Source: an uncultured Eubacteriales bacterium (lineage in GTDB: Bacteria; Bacillota; Clostridia; Christensenellales; UBA1242). Taken from it: DNA of 64,000 nt. The translations under genes were made by a program, and so were the position numbers. Location of the stretch: contig CATLAM010000001.1 in NCBI GenBank assembly GCA_949878485.1, positions 82,363-146,362 on the forward strand. The letters are read 5' to 3'. Below are positions 1 to 7,126 of the stretch, in pieces; positions within the stretch are counted from its first letter, which is position 1; every line of letters begins with the position of its first letter. Under the pieces are notes generated by a model. It was given only the letters and a program-made list of their open reading frames with translations. It ran no database searches and was not told the origin of the DNA.

Positions 1-1043
1 AGCAAAATTTTGATTTTATCCTTAGCCAAATCTTTGACTGGCACATTTAAATCAATGTCATACTTTTCTGCAAGTGAAACAAAATATGCCTTAGCCATTG
101 TTCCGTCTTCACATCTCCAACCAGTCAAATTAAATGCACCATCCAAGATTGACAAGTGTGAATTTTTCATAACAATGTTTTCATCAATGTCCATTGTATA
201 GCCAAGACCAAGACAATGAGGACAAGCACCATACGGAGCATTGAAAGAAAATAATCTTGGAGAAATTTCTTCCAAAGTCCAACCACATTCGGGACAGGCA
301 TAATTTGTGGAAAAAAGATCTCGTTTTTCATCTGTTGCCACAACAACCAAACCATCAGCAAGTTTCAAAGCCGTTTCAATGCTTCCAGAAAGTCTTGCCA
401 TTTTGTCACTTTTGATTGTCATTCTGTCAATGACAACATTGATTTCATGTTTAATGTTTTTGTCTAGTGAAATTGTTTCATCCAAAGTAAAAATGTTTCC
501 GTCAACTTCAACACGGACATAGCCACTTTTCTTAAGGCTTTCAAACAGTTTTTCATGTCTGCCCTTTTGCCCACGAACAACAGGAGCCATAATCGTTATT
601 TTGGCATCTTCCCCAATTCCAGAAACTGCATCCACAATTTGGTCAATGGATTGCTGTTTAACTTCACGATGACAATGCGGACAATAAGGAGTCCCCACGC
701 GTGCAAACAAAAGTCTTAAATAGTCATAAATTTCAGTAACCGTTCCAACCGTTGAACGCGGATTTCTGTTTGTTGTTTTTTGGTCGATGGAAATAGCAGG
801 CGAAAGCCCTTCAATGACTTCCACATCAGGCTTCTGAGCCGACCCTAAAAATTGGCGTGCATAAGAGGACAAACTTTCAATATATCTTCTTTGCCCTTCC
901 GCAAAGATTGTTCCAAAAGCAAGAGAAGATTTGCCAGAGCCACTGACACCAGTAAACACAACAAACTTATCTCTTGGAATTTCAAGACTGACATTTTTTA
1001 AATTGTTTTCTTTTGCACCTTTAATAATAATTGAATTTTTCAT
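1..1043 (-). CDS. uvrA: Excinuclease ABC subunit A (UvrA), N-terminal ~347 codons; 3' end lies beyond the left edge
   Basis: Open frame running off the window edge, absent from the ORF track because it has no stop here. Translation from ATG 1043 reads MKNSIIIKGAKENNLKNVSLEIPRDKFVVFTGVSGSGKSSLAFGTIFAEGQRRYIESLSSYARQFLG... This is the canonical UvrA N-terminus with Walker A GVSGSGKSS and zinc-finger cysteines (CPHC, CPEC...CPHC). Confidence 0.92.
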   Translation of the reverse strand, partial: MKNSIIIKGAKENNLKNVSLEIPRDKFVVFTGVSGSGKSSLAFGTIFAEGQRRYIESLSSYARQFLGSAQKPDVEVIEGLSPAISIDQKTTNRNPRSTVGTVTEIYDYLRLLFARVGTPYCPHCHREVKQQSIDQIVDAVSGIGEDAKITIMAPVVRGQKGRHEKLFESLKKSGYVRVEVDGNIFTLDETISLDKNIKHEINVVIDRMTIKSDKMARLSGSIETALKLADGLVVVATDEKRDLFSTNYACPECGWTLEEISPRLFSFNAPYGACPHCLGLGYTMDIDENIVMKNSHLSILDGAFNLTGWRCEDGTMAKAYFVSLAEKYDIDLNVPVKDLAKDKIKIL

Positions 1044-1058
1044 AACTGAATTATATCA
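1044..1058 (-). promoter_or_regulatory. Extended -10 (TGaTATAAT) ending 6 nt before the uvrA ATG; candidate leaderless promoter
   Basis: Minus strand reads TTGTGATATAAT-TCAGTT-ATG. There is no Shine-Dalgarno between the hexamer and the start. The ABC-gene terminator lies upstream at 1184-1210. Confidence 0.4.
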
Positions 1059-1183
1059 CAAACAAGGCAAAAATAAAAGAAGATTATCATAAATTTTGAT
1101 GATTATTTAAAATAAAAATTATAATTAAAAACTGAAAATATTTTAAAATAAACCGAAAAACACACTAAAAATCAATTAAAATA

Positions 1184-1210
1184 ACAAAAAAAACGGCTTA
1201 AAACCGTTTA
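1184..1210 (-). terminator. Rho-independent terminator after the ABC exporter gene
   Basis: Minus strand reads AAACGGU-UUUAA-GCCGUUU followed by a U-run. The hairpin overlaps the stop codon at 1208-1210. Confidence 0.55.
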
Positions 1211-2959
1211 TTTTGCTGTTTCTGCATATGTTTTGTCTGTGTTGTAAAGTCGTTTATAACATTCGCTTTCTTGCATAAGTTCTTCATGTTTGCCTTGTGC
1301 AATTATGTGTCCATTTTCCATAAGATAAATGCAATCGGCATAAGTGATTGTTGAAAGTCTGTGGGCAATCAAAATAATGGTCATTCGGTTTTTAAGGCTT
1401 TCAATAACTTTCATTATTTCCTTTTGAGAAGCATTGTCCAAGGCACTTGTTGCTTCATCAAAAATCAAAATCTTCACATCTCTTGCAAGCGCTCTCGCTA
1501 TGCAAATTTTTTGCCTTTGCCCTCCAGAAAATTGACACCCGCCTTCTCCAATTATGCTGTCCAAACCATTTGGAAGTTTTTTAATATGATTTAAAATTCT
1601 GGTTTCTTTACACAAAGCAAAAATTTCTTCGTCAGTTATGTCAGGCTTAATGATTTTAAAATTGTCACGAATAGTAATGTTGAATATGTAAGGAAACTGA
1701 TTGACAACTGCAATATTGTTTTTGATGAAATCTTTATTTAAGTTTTCAATCGGAACATTATCAAACAAAATCTTACCTGCACTTTTGGTGTAAAGATGTG
1801 CAATCAAATTTATAATAGTTGATTTTCCGCAACCGCTTTCGCCCACAAAAGCAACAGTCTGCCTTGGCAAAATTTCAAAAGAAGCATTTTTCAAAACATC
1901 CTTTTTGTTGTCATAAGAAAACTTGACCTTTTTGAAAACAATGTTTCCAGAAAAATTTTCAATGGTTTCATTGCCATAATGGTCAACTTCATAGAAAGTT
2001 GGATTGGCAATCGAAAAAATTCTGCTTGCACAGACTTCGGCAGTTCCAAGTGTAATTCTAAGATCGCCAAAAACGGTGGCAAAGTCAAGTATGTTGTCCT
2101 TGTAAATAAAGCAAGTATAAAAAATAAGTGGAGTTAAACTTTCTTCTCGCAAAAGAAAAACACACAAGAAAATAAACACAAAATTGCAAACATATCTTGT
2201 AATAGTGGATAACTGATAAAGAGTTGAACCAAGATACCATTCAAAATTGTCTTTTTTGTTGTAATTCAATTGGTCTTTTTTCATGATTTCCAAAATGTTA
2301 TCTGTGCAATTTAAAGTTTTAATGTCTTTCACACCGCGAATAACTTCAATGATTTTGGAATTAACTTTTTCCGCAGAAGCCAAAACTTCAGGTTTATATT
2401 TTTTCAAGTAATAAACACGAACAGAATATACAATTGAAGTCAAAACAATAACTCCAACTAAAAAAGAACCCAACCAAACATTTAAGAAGAATATGTAAAT
2501 CACATAAGCAAACTTACGCAATATATTGACAATCTTGTTGGCAAATTCAGTAAACCTTACAGACAAATTATCAATGTCAGATGTAAGCCTTGTAACAATT
2601 AAACCGCTTCCCATTTCATCGTAACTTTTCATCTGAATTTCAAGTGCACTTTTCAAGATGTTTTGTTGAATATCAAGTTTTGTTCGGTTTTCCAACTGCT
2701 TTTGAAAATATGTGTTCACAATGGTTAAAATAGCCGCAAATGAAGTGATTGCCAAGCAAATCCCTGCATTTAAAAGTGCAGCATCATAATCGCCTGTGTT
2801 CATAATGCAGTCAATCATCTTGGCAACAAACATGGCATCAAAAAAGAAAGCACAAGAACTTAAAACCAAAATAAAGACATACATAAACAAGAAAAACCAA
2901 TGCTTCATGTAATAATCTTTTAATAAAATTTTTAAACCCTTAAACTTTCTTCTTTTCAT
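1208..2959 (-). CDS. ABC exporter, fused permease-ATPase half-transporter
   Basis: Hydrophobic N-terminal half followed by Walker A GESGCGKST, signature FSGGQRQ, Walker B ILIFDEATSALD and H-loop IAHRL. The ORF opens at TTG 2974; the first ATG (2959, MKRRKF...) is used here. Confidence 0.85.
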   Translation of the reverse strand: MKRRKFKGLKILLKDYYMKHWFFLFMYVFILVLSSCAFFFDAMFVAKMIDCIMNTGDYDAALLNAGICLAITSFAAILTIVNTYFQKQLENRTKLDIQQNILKSALEIQMKSYDEMGSGLIVTRLTSDIDNLSVRFTEFANKIVNILRKFAYVIYIFFLNVWLGSFLVGVIVLTSIVYSVRVYYLKKYKPEVLASAEKVNSKIIEVIRGVKDIKTLNCTDNILEIMKKDQLNYNKKDNFEWYLGSTLYQLSTITRYVCNFVFIFLCVFLLREESLTPLIFYTCFIYKDNILDFATVFGDLRITLGTAEVCASRIFSIANPTFYEVDHYGNETIENFSGNIVFKKVKFSYDNKKDVLKNASFEILPRQTVAFVGESGCGKSTIINLIAHLYTKSAGKILFDNVPIENLNKDFIKNNIAVVNQFPYIFNITIRDNFKIIKPDITDEEIFALCKETRILNHIKKLPNGLDSIIGEGGCQFSGGQRQKICIARALARDVKILIFDEATSALDNASQKEIMKVIESLKNRMTIILIAHRLSTITYADCIYLMENGHIIAQGKHEELMQESECYKRLYNTDKTYAETAK

Positions 2960-2978
2960 CTTTTTGTATTCCAATTCA

Positions 2979-3007
2979 AATATACATCAAATTAAAACAT
3001 ATGTCAA
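2979..3007 (-). promoter_or_regulatory. Sigma-A-type promoter for the ABC exporter (TTGACA-17-TATATT)
   Basis: Minus strand has TTGACA (3002-3007), a 17-nt spacer and TATATT (2979-2984), just after the uvrB stop. Confidence 0.4.
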
Positions 3008-3015
3008 TCACAAAA

Positions 3016-4983
3016 CTATATATTTTCTTTTCTGTCAAGTCGTTTTTTCAAAATTGCAATCTTATTTCTAAGTTCAATCGCACGCTCGAAATCAAGTTGC
3101 GAAGAAGCAATTTTCATCATTGATGTCAAGCGGTCAATTTCTCTTGGAATATCTTTCTTAGCAATTTTGTCTTCATTGACTTTCTTTGAAATGTCAAGCG
3201 TGTTTTTAATTTCTTTAATAATCGTCTTTGGCACAATGTTGTGTTTTTTATTGAAATCTTCTTGCAATTTTCTTCTTCGCTCAGTTTCATCAATCGCCCT
3301 TCTCATAGAATCAGTAATATTGTCCGCAAACATAATCACTCTGCCATTTGCATTTCTTGCAGCACGCCCAATGGTTTGAATCAAAGCCCCTTCACTTCTA
3401 AGGAAACCTTCTTTGTCCGCATCCAAAATGCAAACAAGTTCCACTTCAGGCATGTCCAACCCTTCACGCAAAAGATTGATGCCCACCAAAATGTCAAACT
3501 CGCCTTGGCGAAGCCCATTGATGATTTCCACCCTTTCCATAGTGTCAATTTCAGAGTGTAAATATTTCACTTTAAATTCACGGTCAGCAAGATAGGTTGT
3601 CAAACTTTCTGCCATTTTCTTCGTCAAAGTTGTCACCAAAATTCTTGCCCCGCGTGCAATGGTTTTGCGACATTCTTGCATAAGTTCTTCCACTTGGTTT
3701 TTAATTGGTCGAATTTCAATTTTTGGGTCAAGAAGTCCAGTTGGTCTGATGACCTGTTCCACCACTTGCCCAGCGTGTTCCATTTCATATTTGGATGGCG
3801 TAGCCGAAACAAAAATTGTCTGTTTCAATTTCTTTTCAAACTCTTCAAACTTAAGCGGTCTGTTGTCCTTAGCCGCTTCCAAACGAAAACCAAAATCAAC
3901 AAGTGCAGTCTTTCTTGCCTTGTCGCCGTTATACATGGCACGAATTTGTGGAATGGTCATGTGGCTTTCATCAATGATTGTCAAAAAGTCATTTGGAAAA
4001 TAATCAATAAGAGTGTAAGGTGGCTCGCCTGATTTTCTGCCGTCAAAATAACGCGAATAGTTTTCAATTCCATTGCAATATCCCACTTCTTGCATCATTT
4101 CCACATCATACGCCACACGCTGACCAATTCTCTCTGCTTCAATGGGCTTGTTCTGTTTTTCAAAATTCTTAACAGCAATTTCTCTGTCCGCCATAATTTG
4201 TGAAATGGCATTCTGCAAAGTGTTGCTTCCAACTGCATAATGTGTTGCAGGATAAATTGCCACAAAACTCACTTCATTAAGCATATTACCAGTGACTGGG
4301 TCAAACTCGAAAATCTTTTCAATTTCATCGCCAAAAAATCTGACTCTAACCGCCATTTCTGATTGGTTGGCTGGAAAGATGTCCACAACATCCCCTTTCA
4401 CACGAAATGTTGTTCTTGTGAAATCCACATCATTGCGGGTGTATTGAATGGCAATCAATCTGTTGATAAGTTCGTCACGGTCAAACTCTTCCCCTTGACG
4501 CAACGCAATGTGTAAATTGTGATATTCTTCAGGACTTCCCAAACCATATATGCAAGAAACCGAAGCCACCACAATGGTGTCTCTTCTTTCCAAAAGTGAA
4601 GATGTCGCCGAAGAACGCAACTTGTCAATGTCTTCATTTACACTCATAACCTTTTCAATGAATGTGTCAGTTGAAACAATGTATGCTTCTGGCTGATAAT
4701 AATCGTAATAAGAAACAAAATATTCCACACGGTTGTTTGGAAAAAATTCCCTAAACTCATTGCACAACTGTGCAGCAAGAGTTTTGTTGTGAGCGATGAC
4801 AAGCGTAGGTTTATTGACTTTTTCAATGATGTTTGCCATTGTGAAAGTCTTGCCCGAACCAGTAACTCCCAGCAAAACTTGGTCTTTCAAACCATCTTCC
4901 AAACCTTCCACCAACTTTTCAATGGCTTGTGGCTGATCACCTGCAGGCTTATATTTTGATTGCAATTTAAATTTTTCTTCCAT
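3016..4983 (-). CDS. uvrB: Excinuclease ABC subunit B (UvrB)
   Basis: 655 aa. Helicase motif [13 protein letters not shown] box (IIDESHMT), a C-terminal UVR domain and a typical UvrB N-terminus ([14 protein letters not shown]). Confidence 0.96.
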   Translation of the reverse strand: MEEKFKLQSKYKPAGDQPQAIEKLVEGLEDGLKDQVLLGVTGSGKTFTMANIIEKVNKPTLVIAHNKTLAAQLCNEFREFFPNNRVEYFVSYYDYYQPEAYIVSTDTFIEKVMSVNEDIDKLRSSATSSLLERRDTIVVASVSCIYGLGSPEEYHNLHIALRQGEEFDRDELINRLIAIQYTRNDVDFTRTTFRVKGDVVDIFPANQSEMAVRVRFFGDEIEKIFEFDPVTGNMLNEVSFVAIYPATHYAVGSNTLQNAISQIMADREIAVKNFEKQNKPIEAERIGQRVAYDVEMMQEVGYCNGIENYSRYFDGRKSGEPPYTLIDYFPNDFLTIIDESHMTIPQIRAMYNGDKARKTALVDFGFRLEAAKDNRPLKFEEFEKKLKQTIFVSATPSKYEMEHAGQVVEQVIRPTGLLDPKIEIRPIKNQVEELMQECRKTIARGARILVTTLTKKMAESLTTYLADREFKVKYLHSEIDTMERVEIINGLRQGEFDILVGINLLREGLDMPEVELVCILDADKEGFLRSEGALIQTIGRAARNANGRVIMFADNITDSMRRAIDETERRRKLQEDFNKKHNIVPKTIIKEIKNTLDISKKVNEDKIAKKDIPREIDRLTSMMKIASSQLDFERAIELRNKIAILKKRLDRKENI

Positions 4984-4998
4984 AAACTTATTCTATCA
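4984..4998 (-). promoter_or_regulatory. Extended -10 (TGaTAGAAT) ending 6 nt before the uvrB ATG; candidate leaderless promoter
   Basis: Minus strand reads TTGTGATAGAAT-AAGTTT-ATG with no SD. The block closely resembles the uvrA upstream region. Confidence 0.4.
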
Positions 4999-5025
4999 CA
5001 AAACAAAGCAAAATAAAAGAAAATT

Positions 5026-5274
5026 TCATTTGTAAAACGATTTTATAAATGCCAAAACAAATTCCACTAAATTTATTTCATTCTCCACAATCAATTTGTC
5101 ATCATGCTCTTGAATTTCATTGAACATCTTTTTTTGCTGGTCATTTAAACTTTCCAAAAATTTGTCTTTCAATTCCACACTCTTGTTATTTAATCTCCAT
5201 TCATTCCCCTTCATTTCTCGTTGTGTCCACGCGTCCAGAATGACACTTTTAATGTCAATATCATATTTAAACAT
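5026..5274 (-). CDS. Small hypothetical protein (82 aa)
   Basis: ORF with a good SD (AAAAGGAGAAAAAT-ATG). Acidic and helical-looking. No family recognised. Confidence 0.5.
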   Translation of the reverse strand: MFKYDIDIKSVILDAWTQREMKGNEWRLNNKSVELKDKFLESLNDQQKKMFNEIQEHDDKLIVENEINLVEFVLAFIKSFYK

Positions 5275-5284
5275 ATTTTTCTCC

Positions 5285-5314
5285 TTTTAAGATATCAATT
5301 TTTAAGATATCAAT
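5285..5314. repeat. Perfect tandem duplication of a 15-nt unit (TTTTAAGATATCAAT x2)
   Basis: Copies at 5285-5299 and 5300-5314 are identical. Each contains the GATATC palindrome. The repeat abuts the SD of the 5026-5274 gene. Confidence 0.9.
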
Positions 5315-5427
5315 TGAATAATACAATATTTTTTTATAAATAAAATCATTTAAGACTATTGGCTTAAAAATTTTTATAATAATGAAAATAAATATATTAA
5401 AAAACACAACTCTGCAATTATTCTTTT

Positions 5428-5787
5428 TTAACTTTTAAATATTGCTTTCAAAATAATGCCAAAAACAAAACTGACAGTTGCCAAAAACAAACTTCTTAAA
5501 ATCAGCATACCAAAAGTTCGGCGACTTTTTTTGTTGTCTGCAATAAAAGACTGACCATTCTTTTTTAAATCCACACAATAAAAATAGCCATTTTTACTGT
5601 CCGAAACCACAAAATCAATCAAGTTGTCATTGGAAAGTTGCACCATAATGTCATCAATCTCTTCAATCGACAAAACATATTTCTTAGACAATGCTTGCGT
5701 AATTTCTTGCGGAGAAATAAGATATGTCCGCTTTTGCTGACACCTTTCACAAAGATACGACATAACCATCTTCTCTTTTCTTGTCAT
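5428..5787 (-). CDS. Small winged-helix-like protein with a C-terminal transmembrane anchor
   Basis: The internal ATG at 5787 (MTRKEKMVMSYLCERCQ...) is preferred over the ORF-track start. The N-terminal ~80 aa look wHTH-like and the C-terminus is a TM helix (MLILRSLFLATVSFVFGIILKAIF). It is a paralog of the divergent neighbour. Confidence 0.5.
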   Translation of the reverse strand: MTRKEKMVMSYLCERCQQKRTYLISPQEITQALSKKYVLSIEEIDDIMVQLSNDNLIDFVVSDSKNGYFYCVDLKKNGQSFIADNKKSRRTFGMLILRSLFLATVSFVFGIILKAIFKS

Positions 5788-5906
5788 AACACTCTTCAAT
5801 AAATTTTTTCCAAAAAAGTTTGTTAATATTCTAAAATCACCACAAAACAAACTTGAAGGACATGGAAAAATGTATAAAAGCAAGTCAAAATCGCAAAAAT
5901 AGCATT

Positions 5907-6293
5907 ATGATTGATTTAAAATCCAAACTTGTTTTAAAGATTTTGGCAAACGAATGTGGAAATGGAAACTATAAAATTGTCGAAGTGTCAGACATCATCC
6001 TTGCCCTTCCAAGACGCTATCGCATGGACAGCGAAGCCGTTAAGCACATTTTGAACTATCTAGAACGCCAAGACATAATCTCCATTAAATATGACGATGA
6101 CAATGTTTTTTGTCTGGCTGTTCTGCCATATGGATTTGAACTTTTGGAAACCGAAAAACCAATAAACATAAAGTCCAAGCCAAGCAAGGACAAAAAATGG
6201 AATTTTGTCATGATTCTTTCCAATTTCATTTCCGCACTTGTCGGCACTGTGTTAGGGATTGTGATTTGTTATTTCCTTTTAAAATTGTTTTAA
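5907..6293 (+). CDS. Small winged-helix-like protein with a C-terminal transmembrane anchor (paralog of 5428-5787)
   Basis: MIDLKSKLVLKILANECG... aligns with the neighbour's KMVMSYLCERCQ. The C-terminal TM is FVMILSNFISALVGTVLGIVICYFLL. The start is uncertain; alternatives are TTG 5853 and ATG 5862. Confidence 0.5.
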   Translation: MIDLKSKLVLKILANECGNGNYKIVEVSDIILALPRRYRMDSEAVKHILNYLERQDIISIKYDDDNVFCLAVLPYGFELLETEKPINIKSKPSKDKKWNFVMILSNFISALVGTVLGIVICYFLLKLF

Positions 6294-6321
6294 AAAAAGA
6301 CTGAAAAATCAGTCTTTTTTA
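6292..6321. terminator. Bidirectional rho-independent terminator
   Basis: AGACTGA-AAAA-TCAGTCT stem-loop flanked by an A-run upstream and a T-run downstream. It sits between convergent genes ending at 6293 (+) and 6349 (-). Confidence 0.75.
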
Positions 6322-6348
6322 TTTTAAATATGCACATATGCACAATTG

Positions 6349-7092
6349 TCAAGCACCTTCCACTTCATTTAAAGACCTATGAAGTTGGTCGATGTCATAA
6401 TAACTTCTGACAAGTCCGTCTTTACGCTGACTGAACACACCATCCTCCCCTATTATGAAAGAATCGATGAAATTTACGCCACAAGTCTGACAAACTTCAT
6501 CCACCATGTTGAAACCATTTACATCTGTGCCAGACGGAAATGCTTTACCAAAAGGATGACAGTGAGCAACCACCAAAGAAGCAGGTTTTGAAGTCGCCAT
6601 GAAACTGGTAAGTTCCAAAACACTTAAACTGACTTCGTTGTTGCTGTTGGACTTGATTCTTCGTTTGTGAGTAACCATGTTTGCAGGACTAAGTGCCAAC
6701 AAAATCATGTTTTCGGAAGTTCGAAATCTTAGGTTGTCTTCCACAATGTCAATTAAATCGGCAATGCAAGACACAACGCATTTTTTGCTCATTCTCGCTG
6801 TTGCATAATAATAGAACAATTCGCTGAACATAGAAATCTTTTTCGCTGAACGCTCGTTTATGCCAGCAATTCTCATAAGGTCATTTACATCAGCATCAAT
6901 AATGTGAGTAAAACTTTCATATTCGTCCAAAAGACGATGAGCCAACGGATTAACATCCCCACGCGGAAAGATGTAGGTCAAGAAAAACTCCATAACTTGG
7001 TATTTGCTCATATTGTCAACACCAGCATTGCATGCAAGGTCTAAAAGCCTTGCCCTATGCCCATCATGAATGTTTTTCTCGTCCTTTTTCAT
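6349..7092 (-). CDS. radC: RadC-like JAB-domain protein (UPF0758 family)
   Basis: N-terminal GHRARLLDL, a helix-hairpin-helix-like middle (LMRIAGINERSAKKI) and a C-terminal JAB motif in the atypical form HCHPFGKAFPSGTD. Strong SD (TAAGGAGATAAACAG-ATG). Confidence 0.75.
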   Translation of the reverse strand: MKKDEKNIHDGHRARLLDLACNAGVDNMSKYQVMEFFLTYIFPRGDVNPLAHRLLDEYESFTHIIDADVNDLMRIAGINERSAKKISMFSELFYYYATARMSKKCVVSCIADLIDIVEDNLRFRTSENMILLALSPANMVTHKRRIKSNSNNEVSLSVLELTSFMATSKPASLVVAHCHPFGKAFPSGTDVNGFNMVDEVCQTCGVNFIDSFIIGEDGVFSQRKDGLVRSYYDIDQLHRSLNEVEGA

Positions 7093-7126
7093 CTGTTTAT
7101 CTCCTTAATACTTTAATTTATCATTT

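Noticed and set aside
1044-5025. LexA/DinR (Cheo box, GAAC-N4-GTTC) operators upstream of uvrA and uvrB.
   Set aside because: No such motif is present in either upstream region. The shared block is a different sequence.
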